Part shown: positions 34,411-46,200 of the stretch, one piece after another
Layout: each line of letters begins with the position of its first letter
Position numbering within the stretch: position 1 is the stretch's first letter
Source: Verrucomicrobiota bacterium
Lineage (GTDB): Bacteria; Verrucomicrobiota; Verrucomicrobiia; Limisphaerales; AAA164-E04
Reading direction: 5' to 3'
DNA length: 64,000 nt
Assembly (NCBI GenBank): GCA_047947115.1
Contig: CP170459.1
Span: forward strand, 5,984,001-6,048,000
Translations under genes and position numbers: made by a program
The notes under the pieces: generated by a model
What the model saw: only the letters and a program-made list of their open reading frames with translations
Told to the model about the DNA's origin: nothing
The model's database searches: none

Positions 34411-34770
34411 ATGCCATCAGGTTTACCCATTTTTTTCCGTTTCATTTTTGGAGTGATCGGCTTGACCGTTATCATTTCGATGTGGAGCGCACCGTTTAAT
34501 GAGTTTGGATCACCTCCGCTATTTTTCCGGATCTTTGCTTCACTCATCGGCCTGGCCTTCATCGCCTTTGGATTTGGCGTCGCGTTCTCGAAATCCGGCA
34601 ACCATCCGGGCGCGACACTCTCGAAATTCAGCCAAACACTCCGCCAAACAGGGAGTCCCAAAAAATACAAATGCCCACACTGCTCAGGAGGTATTGAAAA
34701 TCAGGAAGTTTCAAACAGCGGCGATGTCAAATGTGAATATTGCGGCAAGTGGTATAACGTTCACACCTGA
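34411..34770 (+). CDS. Small two-TM membrane protein with C-terminal zinc ribbon
   Basis: Two hydrophobic helices, then CPHC...CEYC. Confidence 0.7.
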   Translation: MPSGLPIFFRFIFGVIGLTVIISMWSAPFNEFGSPPLFFRIFASLIGLAFIAFGFGVAFSKSGNHPGATLSKFSQTLRQTGSPKKYKCPHCSGGIENQEVSNSGDVKCEYCGKWYNVHT

Positions 34771-34870
34771 TGATGGTTGGCGCATTCTCGACTTTATCAT
34801 TCAACTACAAATCCTTCAAAATTTTCAGATAGACTTGCCAGCATGGATGCCTTTTGTTCATGGTTACAAG

Positions 34871-35440
34871 ATGCGGGACGAGGGTAAAGAACATGAAGTA
34901 ACGATAGAAGAAATCGAAGATCTCATGGGAGACCTTCGCAGCATGGCTATCACTTTGTTGAACTTCGAATCAAAAGCAAATTCGATTCAACCCACCGCGC
35001 TGATACACACCGCGTTACGACGTTCCAAGACCAAAGGAATGGATTGGTCGGAAGTTAAATGGTCGGATCGTGGAAAATTTCTCCGATTCATGCACCGCAT
35101 CATGCGGCAGGCACTGGTCGATCATGCCCGCAAACGCGACGCGGACCGTCGACCTCAAATCGAATATGTCTCTCCAGATGCCATTGAGCTATATGACATC
35201 CCTGCAACGTTAAAAGAACACCCCGAACAGATTATTGCACTCGAGGACGCCTTGGAAAGACTGACCAAAGAAGATGCCGAATTGGCGGATATCATTGAGT
35301 TCCACTACTTCTCGGGCATCAATGTGGCGGAGATTGCAAACCTGCTTGAAGTTTCCGAATCCACCATCAAACGCAACCTCAAGCGTGCCAGAATGGTGTT
35401 ATACAAATACATATTGGAATTCTTGAACGGTACCGATTGA
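34871..35440 (+). CDS. ECF sigma factor, kinase-associated (Planctomycete/Rhodopirellula-type)
   Basis: SIQPTALIH, MRQALVDHARKR, LEDALERL, HYFSG..VAEIANLLEVSESTIKR; start moved to 34871. Confidence 0.85.
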   Translation: MRDEGKEHEVTIEEIEDLMGDLRSMAITLLNFESKANSIQPTALIHTALRRSKTKGMDWSEVKWSDRGKFLRFMHRIMRQALVDHARKRDADRRPQIEYVSPDAIELYDIPATLKEHPEQIIALEDALERLTKEDAELADIIEFHYFSGINVAEIANLLEVSESTIKRNLKRARMVLYKYILEFLNGTD

Positions 35441-35517
35441 GTCAACTTCTCCACGTCCGGGTGAGGAGACCTGTATTGAGCACCAGAACCGGCGCTTCCT
35501 CTCTCCCCTCAGACCGA

Positions 35518-36150
35518 TCAAGCAAGAAAACCAAGATCCAAAACGCGATTGCCTTCACCCCATTGCTTGACCTTTGGCACATCCAGGCCGGTTGCAACCG
35601 AAGGAGGCACACAGCGCGCGTGCTCAAGAATGTTTTCTTTAACAAAACGGGCCATCTCTTTCTTGCTCCCAAACCTTTTGACCATGCGTTGCCATGTCAA
35701 CGCGCAGGCTCCTGAAACATAAGCAGCTGCAAATGAAGTAGAAACTCCAGGGTAATGGATCACGCCAGGCAGCACGGGTTTCTCCCCCGGGGCCGCCAGA
35801 TCTACTTTTTTACCGAAGTTACTTTTGTCCACCAAGTGGTCAGGCAACGCGCAGTCAATCGCCCCAACGGTCAGTATGTTTGGAAACTCAAGAGTTCCAG
35901 GCAACCCATCGCTATCCACCAGGTCGGCATCCTCGTTTCCTGCGGCAGCAATCACCAACACACCCTGCTCAAATGCATATTGAAACGCGTCCCTTATTTT
36001 AGAACTGCGGGAATAAAGGAAAAAACTGCAATTGATCACCTGTGCCCCATGATCGACCGCAAAAATGATGGCACGGCTGACCGACGCCGCATAATGCTCA
36101 ATTTCGGTGGGAAACACTTTGAGGGACATCATTTGAACCGAGTGCGCCAC
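35518..36150 (-). pseudogene. N-terminally truncated subtilase (peptidase S8) lacking catalytic Asp/His
   Basis: Has VINCSF, AAAGNE (oxyanion Asn), DLAAPG and STSFAAAYVSG (Ser), but begins at the GVA motif; in-frame TAA three codons upstream. Confidence 0.65.
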
Positions 36151-36178
36151 TCCCGGTTAATGATCTTCATAAGCACTA

Positions 36179-39100
36179 TTAGTAAATGGTTCGATAGAAA
36201 TTTACTTCATCAACTTGATTGACTTCCCATGTCTGGCCGCATTGCCAGTCGATTGATTCAAAACCATGGCGCACCATCCTGTCCATCAAGTCCTCGATAT
36301 CCCAAATGTGAATCAAGGTTTGTGATTCCTCTTCAACCAACGCAACCAACGAGGCTCCATCCGGACTGAATTGAATGGATCGAATCCTATCGGCGGGACT
36401 CAATTTCAATGACAAAACGAACAAAGGAGCAAAGTCTTCCTCGATAGATAAAATTGATACGCCTTTCGAATGAGCGACTGCCAACATTGAATTGACCGGA
36501 CATTCAGCGAGATTCGTGATGAGATCCAATCCAAGAGGAATACTCTTTTCTGCTCCATCTTTCTCCAAATCGTGCACGATGATTCTGTCTGATTCAGCAA
36601 TGACAAGTTGATTCTGCGCATGACTGAGGAATTGGGGTATGCCGGCTCGGGATCGAAATGGCGATGCCTCCCATGGACCCTGTTCCTTTCTCCACAGCAT
36701 CAACCATGAATTCAGCATCGATCCGGCAACCAACCAACGACCATCAGCATTAAATGATAATGTCTGGCAATCGCTGCCGATGGGAAGCGTCTGAAATTCA
36801 TATACGACCTCACCCGCTTGACCATCTTCGGCCTCTTCTGTTATTGCCAGTTCACTCTGTTTTTTGTCACCAACTAACAATAAAGATCCCATGGTTGCCG
36901 CCAGCGTGTTGTCTTTGTCAAAAAAAGCCATCACGCCTGCTGAACCTTTATCTCTTTTATAATACTGTCGGATGTCGAGAGAATTTGTATGGCTCAAAAA
37001 ATCCAAATGAAACCCCACAGGACCAGCCCATTTGGAGAATATCCAAAGTTCGTCAGATCCTTTCGGAGCAACGACTGGTCCAGACAATGGCAAGTGATAT
37101 TGAGTATGCGGAGTGGCACTCTCCAAATCCCACAACTGAACCCCCTGCAAATCACCAAAGGCTACCAAACTGGTTTTGGGAACGAATGCAAAAGAAGCAT
37201 TTTCCGTGAGAGAAGTCATCAGAGTGCGGTGAGATCCCATTTCAAAAAGCCACCGGTGAACTCGATTTCCATCAAAAACAACCCATCCCCCCAAGGATTG
37301 AACCCAAACCATGGATTGATCTGTCGTCCCTTCATTCAACGCAATCGTATGCAAAATCCCCGATTGCCGAACATCTACTTTTGAAGCCGTTGCATCCTGC
37401 CACGCATATCCCGAACCATCGGGCAACCAACCAACTGATCCAACATTGGATGAAGCGATATGATGTAAAGCAGCGCCTTCTGCAAGGGGTACTTTACGAG
37501 TGTATCCGGCCCATTGACGCTGATCCCAAACATAAGCCATTCCATCTTGCCTGATGCAAAGCAGATCCTGCCCCATCCCTTTCCAACATGTTTCCAAGAC
37601 CGGACCACCACAAAACAAGCCCTCCTTAAGTTTGCCTTCCATGGCATCCCAAACCAAAACCATACCACTATCCACCGAAGACCAGGATGCCAACTTGGAT
37701 GAGTCCGGACTATATGCCAGCCCGGTGATGGTTTTCAGTTGAGGATTGATTTTTGACAGGTATTCCAAAGAATCGACATGCCTGAACAGGATTGGCTTTC
37801 GATTCCAGTAATCGGTTCCAATAACCTGAATTTCTGAGGATGGACCTTCCTCGGTATAATATTCAGACGCTTTGGGGACGGTTGCGAATGCCAAATATTC
37901 TCCATTCGGACTGAAGGTGATGGTGGATGGCTCTATGACTACTTCATTCAGAACAGCCTCAAGCCCCTTGTCTTTGGAAAACACATGAACCTCTCCAGTT
38001 TCATACGCAAAAGCCACTACGGGCCGAGTAGGATGTATGGCGATGTTGGCAGGATCATGCGCAGCTTCCCCCAGCAAATGGATTTTTCCGTTTTCGAATA
38101 AGGCCAATTTCCCTGACTCATGGATCCCCAAAAATCGCACTCCATCATCAGCCACCTTCAGAATCCTTTTGCATCCGCTGATAGTTTCTGCTTCATAGAC
38201 AATTTCCCACGCGGTCATTGCATTCACCGCCAATTGCCTCCAATCCGATTCAGAGTGCCGGTCCTGGCGGGATTCTGGAATGAGGGACATGGCCTTTGTG
38301 GGCGCATCAGCACTCCGGTCCTGCAGAATACTATAAGCTTGAGAAAGGGCGTTCCTGGACCTCTCTATGCGTTTCAGATTCTCGGACGTTTTTACCGACC
38401 AGGAAAGAGTCAGCATGATCAACACGGCAATCCCGATCAAATAAGGGGCTCGTTTCTTGAAACGCCGCATGCGTTGTCTTTTCTCGAGCACGGACCGGAT
38501 GACGTCAGCGACTTCTCCAGCACTTTGAGGACGGTTATCAGGTTCTTTGGCCAGTAACCGGGGAATGATCCTGAGCACAGGTTCATCGATTCCTTCTCTC
38601 TGTTCCTTGGTGATGCCTTGAAATGTCCATCCCAAAGCAGCTTCCTTCATGTCCTCAAAACAATCACAGGTATCAAATTCCAAAGGACGGCTCCCCCAGA
38701 GCAATTCGTATAAAATGACCCCAAGCGCGTATAGATCTCCCCTATGATCATCTCCCGACTGCGCCCACCTCTCAGGACTCATATAAGCAGGCGTCCCTGA
38801 CATTTCCATTTCGGGAGGTTTTGAATCATTAGAAGAACCTTTCTCCCCCAGAGGACTCACTTCCATCATGATCCGGGAAAGGCCAAAATCCAACACGGCA
38901 GGTACGAGACTGGGACGAACCAGAATATTTTCGGGTTTTAAATCACGATGAATCACCCCTTTTTTATGCGCATAGGCAACGGCATCGCAAACCTGCGCAA
39001 AGAACCCCAGTTTTTGCTCTAAGGACGGCTTCTCTTCTTTCATCCATTTCCGCATGGTCGGGCCTTCCACCAGCTCCATAGTATAGAAAATAGCCCCATG

Positions 39101-39526
39101 TTTTCCATCCGGATCAAAATGATGAATATCCGCGTCAAAAATGTGAACAATCCCGACATGCTGAAGCCGCCCCATCGTGGCGATCTCCTCCTTCAGCCTT
39201 GCGAACATTTTCGCGTTGGCCAAAGCAGGATGGATCATCTTGACGGCGACTTCACGATCCACCAAATCCTGCCTGGCACGATAAACAATCCCCATCCCAC
39301 CGGCGGCGATTTTCTCCGTCAATTTGTATTTGTCGCCAACCTTTTGTCCTAGAGAGATCACCCTGGGATTCGGTTTCAATGCATAGTTCAGACGCAAATA
39401 GGAAATGACCTCCTCGCTTTCGCCACTTTGGGTCAAAAGCTCGAGTTCGCTGGAACGTTGATCTTCAGGCAACCTGCCTAACCTGGCAATCAGTTCCTCA
39501 ATCCTGGTCCATTCCTTGCGTGGCAT
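36179..39526 (-). CDS. Hanks-type Ser/Thr protein kinase with TM segment and WD40-like repeats
   Basis: GGMGIVY, VAVK, HRDLKPEN, DFG, GTPAYMSPE and DLYALG; TM helix; FSPNG/YSPDS/FSPDG repeats. Confidence 0.92.
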   Translation of the reverse strand: MPRKEWTRIEELIARLGRLPEDQRSSELELLTQSGESEEVISYLRLNYALKPNPRVISLGQKVGDKYKLTEKIAAGGMGIVYRARQDLVDREVAVKMIHPALANAKMFARLKEEIATMGRLQHVGIVHIFDADIHHFDPDGKHGAIFYTMELVEGPTMRKWMKEEKPSLEQKLGFFAQVCDAVAYAHKKGVIHRDLKPENILVRPSLVPAVLDFGLSRIMMEVSPLGEKGSSNDSKPPEMEMSGTPAYMSPERWAQSGDDHRGDLYALGVILYELLWGSRPLEFDTCDCFEDMKEAALGWTFQGITKEQREGIDEPVLRIIPRLLAKEPDNRPQSAGEVADVIRSVLEKRQRMRRFKKRAPYLIGIAVLIMLTLSWSVKTSENLKRIERSRNALSQAYSILQDRSADAPTKAMSLIPESRQDRHSESDWRQLAVNAMTAWEIVYEAETISGCKRILKVADDGVRFLGIHESGKLALFENGKIHLLGEAAHDPANIAIHPTRPVVAFAYETGEVHVFSKDKGLEAVLNEVVIEPSTITFSPNGEYLAFATVPKASEYYTEEGPSSEIQVIGTDYWNRKPILFRHVDSLEYLSKINPQLKTITGLAYSPDSSKLASWSSVDSGMVLVWDAMEGKLKEGLFCGGPVLETCWKGMGQDLLCIRQDGMAYVWDQRQWAGYTRKVPLAEGAALHHIASSNVGSVGWLPDGSGYAWQDATASKVDVRQSGILHTIALNEGTTDQSMVWVQSLGGWVVFDGNRVHRWLFEMGSHRTLMTSLTENASFAFVPKTSLVAFGDLQGVQLWDLESATPHTQYHLPLSGPVVAPKGSDELWIFSKWAGPVGFHLDFLSHTNSLDIRQYYKRDKGSAGVMAFFDKDNTLAATMGSLLLVGDKKQSELAITEEAEDGQAGEVVYEFQTLPIGSDCQTLSFNADGRWLVAGSMLNSWLMLWRKEQGPWEASPFRSRAGIPQFLSHAQNQLVIAESDRIIVHDLEKDGAEKSIPLGLDLITNLAECPVNSMLAVAHSKGVSILSIEEDFAPLFVLSLKLSPADRIRSIQFSPDGASLVALVEEESQTLIHIWDIEDLMDRMVRHGFESIDWQCGQTWEVNQVDEVNFYRTIY

Positions 39527-39843
39527 AACAATCCAGCACCATCACTGATGCCGCCTGTTTGGATTCATACATTAGAAAATGTACTTACAATTCAACTTCA
39601 TGTTGGTTCATCCCAAGGGCTCGTGCATCATTAAACAGATGGACTTTCAGGTCAATCATACATTATCAAAGCCAGGCATTTCTATTATTTCTCCTTCAAC
39701 TACTTGTTCTGCGTGCTATCGCAGATACCATAACATGAACAAATACGCATATTAACCTGTGCTTCAGACTCAGTTTATAAAGAATTCTTGTAACTTTCTG
39801 ATCCAACTTTACGCCATTAATTCCCGACATTTTTTTCAACCCC

Positions 39844-41466
39844 ATGTCAAACCAATCAATCCTTGTTCCTCATGCCCCTTTTCAGCATCATTGTCACATG
39901 CTTCGTCAAAAACTTGCTACTGTCGCTCTGTATTTGGCCGTGCTCGCCATGTGCCACCAACACCTTTCCGCAACCCCATCATCAGACGTCCCAAACATCA
40001 TGGTTTTCCTCGTGGACGACATGGGAATAATGGATACCTCGGTTCCTTTTCTGACACATGGAACCGGGCAACCAAAACGCTATCCGCTTAACGATTACTA
40101 TCACACGCCATCCATGGAACGATTGGCAAACCAGGGTATTCGTTTCAACCAATTTTACGCCATGAGCGTCTGCTCCCCCACCCGGATCTCCATCATAACC
40201 GGACAAAATGCCGCCCGGCACCGCGCCACCAACTGGATCAACCCGCGCAACAATAACGGTGGTCCTCAAGGACCACCTGATTGGAACTGGCGGGGACTGA
40301 AAAAAGGAGACATCACACTTCCTCAATTACTGAAAAAAGCAGGTTACCGAACCATTCATGTCGGCAAGGGTCACTTTGGCCCGACAGACTCCGAGGGCGG
40401 TGAGCCGCTGAACCTGGGGTTTGACGTCAATATCGCCGGGGCCTCCTTCGGTGCACCGGGGAGTTATTATGCCGAAAAACGATACGGACTCGACACCAAC
40501 CGCGATGATCAAGCCGTGCCCCATCTGGAGAAATACCATGGAACCTCGGTGTTCCTCAGTGAGGCACTGACCATGGAAGCCAAAGCGTCACTGACCGCGG
40601 CCGTGGTATCCAATCAACCCTTCTACCTGTATTTTTCGCATTACGCCGTCCACAGCCCGTTTGATTCCGACCCTCGATTTGCCGAACGTTACAAAGACTC
40701 CGGCAAACCCAAAGCGGCACAGGCCTTCGCCACTTTGATAGAGGGGATGGACAAAAGTCTGGGAGATACCATGGACCATCTCGAATCTTTGGGAGTGGCG
40801 GAAAATACCCTGATTTTTTTCCTCGGAGACAACGGATCGGACGCGCCACTTGGCAATCAACACGATGTCGCTTGCGCAGCACCATTAAGAGGAAAAAAGG
40901 GGGCACACTACGAAGGTGGCATGCGCGTCCCGTTCATTGCGGCATGGGCCAAATCGGATCCGGACAATGCCTGGCAGAAGAAACTGCCCATTCCAGCCGG
41001 ATTCATCCAAGGCCAAACGGCCAACGTCACGGACATCTTCCCAACCTTGTTGGAACTCGCCGGCCTTTCAGGGCAAACCCCGAGCACACATCAACTGGAT
41101 GGCTCCTCCATGGCAAGATTATTGACCGGCAAATCAGATCCAAATCGTTCTGAACAGTTTCTGATGCACTACCCACATGCGGTCCATCGAAGCAACTACT
41201 TCACGGTATGGCGTGACGGTGATTGGAAAGTGATTTACCACACGCTCCCGGAAATCCTGACCACGGGCGGGCATATTCAATTCGGGGGTGGGCATTATGA
41301 ACTCTTCAATCTGAACAAGGATCCATTTGAATCCACCAACCTTGCATCGAGCCAACCTGGCAAACTACGCAGTATGATGGAAGGATTGACCCGCGGGCTG
41401 GAAAACATGAACGCCGTATACCCGGTGGATAAGGATGGCAAGGACCTTCGCCCACTGATCCCTTAA
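39844..41466 (+). CDS. Formylglycine-dependent sulfatase
   Basis: PNIMVFLVDDMG, CSPTR, GKGH, DNG, KGAHYEGGMRVP; start may be 39898. Confidence 0.93.
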   Translation: MSNQSILVPHAPFQHHCHMLRQKLATVALYLAVLAMCHQHLSATPSSDVPNIMVFLVDDMGIMDTSVPFLTHGTGQPKRYPLNDYYHTPSMERLANQGIRFNQFYAMSVCSPTRISIITGQNAARHRATNWINPRNNNGGPQGPPDWNWRGLKKGDITLPQLLKKAGYRTIHVGKGHFGPTDSEGGEPLNLGFDVNIAGASFGAPGSYYAEKRYGLDTNRDDQAVPHLEKYHGTSVFLSEALTMEAKASLTAAVVSNQPFYLYFSHYAVHSPFDSDPRFAERYKDSGKPKAAQAFATLIEGMDKSLGDTMDHLESLGVAENTLIFFLGDNGSDAPLGNQHDVACAAPLRGKKGAHYEGGMRVPFIAAWAKSDPDNAWQKKLPIPAGFIQGQTANVTDIFPTLLELAGLSGQTPSTHQLDGSSMARLLTGKSDPNRSEQFLMHYPHAVHRSNYFTVWRDGDWKVIYHTLPEILTTGGHIQFGGGHYELFNLNKDPFESTNLASSQPGKLRSMMEGLTRGLENMNAVYPVDKDGKDLRPLIP

Positions 41467-43214
41467 CGCCCCGCCCATTCGACCTCGGCAAAGTAGGCAC
41501 CGCCCGCTTGACCATCTGGGGTATGAAGCCAGGTCTGTAATCTCGTTTTCCCTTTGGGGAGATCCATTTCGAAGGTGACACCACTTGATCCTTTCGGGAT
41601 TTCACGTTCAAAAACCAAACCGGCTATTTGAACCCTGGCCCTATCGGCGACGATCACATGGTCCGCTTCCTTTGGAAGTTGTCTCAACGTTATTTGATAG
41701 CGCCCGGACCGCTGAACATCCACCATCCAAGGACCGGTCAAAGCAGGCAATTTGCGAATGGAACCAAAGTTCCAAGGCGGATTTCCCGTTGGCATATACC
41801 AATCTTGAGAACATAATACGGTTGGGTTTTGAGCGGGATTTCCGAGATCAATCGACACCGGACGCATCCCAGGAGAAACACCCTCCCAAAACGGCAGGTA
41901 AAGGGAGCGCAATTCGGAAACCACTTCAGGGAACCGGGCGGCAACATTTGTCCGTTGCGCCGGATCCTTCCTCACATTGTAAAGTTCCACACCATCAATC
42001 AACCGCCATGAATCCTTCAAAACACACGCAAACTCCCAGGGCTTGGGATTGTCCATGAAATAAGGTCCACCCTGAAATTGTACCACCAAATGATCACGGT
42101 GCGGCAAGTCCGGACGATCCTTGAGCAACCTTTTGAAAGAAGTTCCGTCCAAATAATAATCATCACGAATCCGCACACCACAAAGATCGGCCAAGGTCGG
42201 CAGAACATCCAGATGAGCGGCAAGCGCCCCGACATCCTTCCCCCCCGCCAGGCCACCACCGGGCCAATGAATAAAAAACGGCACACGATGCCCGCCCTCA
42301 TAAACCGATGATTTCTTACCTCGCATCCCGGCGTTGAAACCTTTCACCGCCTCGGAAGTCAGTCCGTCAAATGCGGCTCCGTTGGCGGTGCCGTTGTCTG
42401 TCATGAAGATAAAAATCGTATCTTCACTCAACCCCTCTCGATCCAACTCCTCACGGAGTAGACCAAGGTTGTGATCAATGTTGGCAACCATCCCGTAGAA
42501 CTCCGCACCATTGTTCCACGGAACGCTTTGCTGGTAAGGTTCGCTCCATTTGGGATCCACGCGATACGGACCATGCGGTGCATTGGGTGCAAGATAGACA
42601 AAAAACGGGCGATCCTTGTTTTCCCGTATAAACCTTTTCGCTTCAGAAAACCAAACGTCCGTGCAATAACCTTCGAATTTTTCAAACTTCCCGTTCCGTT
42701 CGTAGGTATCATCAAAATAATCATTCCCCCAATAATCCGACGCCTGCCCGACACCCCCACAACGATGCCAGACAACATCCTGAAACCCACGATCCTGTGG
42801 ACGATGAGGTGCTGAATCTCCCAGATGCCATTTACCAATCATGCCGGTGCGATACCCGCTTTCAGCAAACCAATGCGCCATCGTTCGCTCTTCCGGATGC
42901 ATCATTGTCCTGCCCGAACTCGTCCGGTAAGCCCCGGTGCGCGCCGGATAGCGCCCCGTCATCAACGCCGCCCGCGTCGGCGTGCAAAACGAACTGACAT
43001 GAAAATCAGTCAAACGGATGGATTCATGATACAGGCGATCCAAATGGGGCGTTTTGAGCACTGGATTGCCATGACAACTCAAGTCGCCATAACCCTGATC
43101 ATCGGTCATGATCAGAATCACGTTGGGTTTTTCCCCGCGGACCTCAGGGCGGACATGACAAAAAACAAAGCAAACCAGCACCAACCAACATTGATCTGTA
43201 AGGAGATTCCTCAT
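41463..43214 (-). CDS. Arylsulfatase (formylglycine-dependent)
   Basis: PNVILIMTDDQG, CTPTRAALMTG, GKWHLG, DNG, YEGGHRVP. Confidence 0.93.
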   Translation of the reverse strand: MRNLLTDQCWLVLVCFVFCHVRPEVRGEKPNVILIMTDDQGYGDLSCHGNPVLKTPHLDRLYHESIRLTDFHVSSFCTPTRAALMTGRYPARTGAYRTSSGRTMMHPEERTMAHWFAESGYRTGMIGKWHLGDSAPHRPQDRGFQDVVWHRCGGVGQASDYWGNDYFDDTYERNGKFEKFEGYCTDVWFSEAKRFIRENKDRPFFVYLAPNAPHGPYRVDPKWSEPYQQSVPWNNGAEFYGMVANIDHNLGLLREELDREGLSEDTIFIFMTDNGTANGAAFDGLTSEAVKGFNAGMRGKKSSVYEGGHRVPFFIHWPGGGLAGGKDVGALAAHLDVLPTLADLCGVRIRDDYYLDGTSFKRLLKDRPDLPHRDHLVVQFQGGPYFMDNPKPWEFACVLKDSWRLIDGVELYNVRKDPAQRTNVAARFPEVVSELRSLYLPFWEGVSPGMRPVSIDLGNPAQNPTVLCSQDWYMPTGNPPWNFGSIRKLPALTGPWMVDVQRSGRYQITLRQLPKEADHVIVADRARVQIAGLVFEREIPKGSSGVTFEMDLPKGKTRLQTWLHTPDGQAGGAYFAEVEWAGR

Positions 43215-46200
43215 CGCATTCGGACCACCAATCTGACAAAAGTTCTGTCAGCATCCAATAAAGAAGTCCCGATACCGATAAGCAGTGTGGAATCCGTGTC
43301 CTCCAAAACCGTTGCCGCCCCTCCTGCCGATTTCCACACCATCAAGTCGGATGAAATCTCAAAGTCGAAATCCACATCCGTTGGTTTGCCGTTTCTGGCA
43401 ATGCGGACGGCCAACATCGATTGTCCTCCAATTCCCGTCACTTCAGCAAGCAAAGGTGATCCAGGGGTAAAGGCTTTGGGATCTGTCCCAAGTGCATACT
43501 CCATCAAATTGGGTCTTTGATCTCCGTCATCATCGAGGGTGGGACCACCGATCCCTCGTTCTGCCGCCCATTTACCATAACCGGAAAGGACCGCCTCATC
43601 GTCATCCTGAATGACAAGAGTCGCCTGAGCACGAGCACCAAGGGTATACTGCCTGGATTCGGTCAACGTCAGCGTAAGCTTTTCCTCCTCTTCCTGTTGT
43701 ATGTCATCAATCAATTGAACGGCAACCCGCGCGCTGTCCTCCCCAGCGGCAAAGCTTGCCGAGAGCGGTATGGTGACAAAATCCTTTCCAGGCGAAGCCG
43801 TGCCGGTCAGCAGAAATTGCACGGACAGAGGCTGATCGATCACACCTGCCCGATGAAGCACAAACGAAACGGCTGTGGCATGTCCCTCACCAACGGTCGG
43901 CTGTGACAATGTAACTTCCACCGAGTTCAGCCCCTCATATACACCACGCCGATACATGGCCCCAATGGTTGCTCCCGCGTTCGATCCTTCCAACCATATA
44001 GTTGGGGCACCTTCGGGCGCCAATCCGTCCGAAGCCAGTGGCTGGCGGACTAATCCACTCCCGGTCAAAAACCCAAAGAACCCATCAAAAGCATAGTCTG
44101 AGTAAAGGACCGATTGATCGTCGCCAAAATAATCCGGAAAAGCGAGTCCAGCCGATGTAAAAATGACCCCCACTTCATGTGTTTCGCCTGTCGTTAAATC
44201 ATGGGTCAGGATGTGAGATCGCCCTGTCTGCAAATCTTCCGCCTCAAATACCATATGGTTCGCGTGAACTCTTCCCATGGATGGATTCCCCACACTGGCG
44301 CCAGGAATGGGCGGCACAATACTGATGGTACTCTGAGCCGTCGTATCCAGAGCATAGATACTCCAGGTATCCATCTGACTGCCATCGGAAAAAGTGATAC
44401 GATTGAGCGCGTCGTAATAAAGGACCCGATTGTCCGGAGAGAAATTGACCACATCAGCAAACAAGATGGTATCCGTTGCTCCACCGTCCAAAGCAGGCGC
44501 CTTTAAATCAAACTCCGCCCAGGCGTCGGTGGTCACATCATAAATGTTGATGATATCCTCTGGTTGATTATCCCGCATCAGCACAAACCCCAGCATACTT
44601 GCGTCTGGCGAAGCACCTACCGACCAGACCGTTCCGGGTTCGGTCAAAATCTCCCCCTCACCGTCGGAAGTATTGATATAAGCCATCGCAAAGTCAGACG
44701 TGACGAACAAGGCTTCTGTGCCATCACTCGACACCACTGGCCGCTTTCCTGGAGCAACAGGAACCTGGACCAGCAAGGTGCCGGAAACTGGGTCCCCCAT
44801 GCCGGCTTCTCTGCGAGCCAAGTAAGTCGCACCATCAATGGGACTGACAAATGTGAACAAGGTGGAATCTTCTCCGGAGACCGTGGGCAACGGTGTGGGT
44901 TCGGGTGCAGGTGCCTGCTCAAATATCTCAACCACATCGAATGCATTCGCAGTCTGGGTCACTTCGTTTGAACCTGCCCCGAAGATTTCCTCAGCCGATT
45001 GAACACATGCAATACGACAATCCAGGAACTGGGATTGCTTCTGAAGTTTCGTGGTCAATGCTCGGTAAAAAATGCGTTCAGCGGTCGGAATACCGACGGC
45101 GCCCGGCAAACCTTCCGCCAGTTGAAAATAGGCAAAGTTGATGATGCTGCTGTTGAGGTGAACTCCTCCATTGTCACGTCCCGGAAAATTGTCCAGATAC
45201 GGATCGTTCGGTGCAATGATTTCGCTCATTTTGATTGGATAACGACGGCCATTGCCAATTTCCACACTGGCAGGATCACGCATATCACGAATTGGCCGGG
45301 TCAGACGCGAACCCAGTTTCCAATCCGGCGTGCCTCCTTCATGAAACGCTTCCGCCGATTCACCAAAAATGTCCGCAAATGCCTCATTCATGGCTCCCGG
45401 TTGGTTCTGATACACCAGATTGGCAGTCTTTTCGATGACCCCATGTGTCATCTCGTGCGCTGCAAAATCCAATGTATGCGCCCAATTGTTCAGATTGCCA
45501 AACGTAATCAGATCGTTCTGCCAATAAGCGTTGTCAATGGGAACGTTGATGATCCCAATGATGCTGCCGCCCTGTCCGTCAATGGAATTGCGCTGATGCT
45601 GCTTTTGATAATAATCATACACTTTGGCAAGATTCACCGATGCGCTGACGGCATTCGGTCCAAACCCGAAATGAGCATCGGTCGATGTGACCGGCTGAGG
45701 ATTGAAGGCCTGCGGATCCTGTTGGGGATTGACTCCTTTTGCATCAAAAATACTGATGCCACCAAAGGTCGTTTGGTAAAATGGAGGATCGGAACGTTGG
45801 GCATCAAACATGGGTTTGGTGGTGTTGACCATGGTGAAAACATTCTCTTCTTCCCATAATTCAATGGTCTGGGTCTGCCCTCCCGCATCCATACCGGAAC
45901 CTTGAGCCGCTGCGGAACAAACTTGATTGATGGAAGCGAGCACTTCACCGGTATGAGCTTCCACCATCACGAGCCAGTCCACACCACTACCGGCATGCAG
46001 TTCGATGGAATAAGCAAGAGATGCGTCCTCCTCAATCGGGGCATACACCAATAGACGCTGTTCCTCAACTTGCGCATCATGCGAAAAGGACAGATGCTCG
46101 TCGCGGAGATAATTCAACGCGATATGAGACGCATCATCCTGATCGAGTGTAGGCACAACATCCAGATTTCGCGGAGTTGGAGCATATGCCGCCGTTACCA

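Noticed and set aside
34499..34870. N-terminal extension of the 313-aa ECF ORF
   Set aside because: Overlaps the zinc-ribbon gene in another frame; sigma homology starts near 34871.
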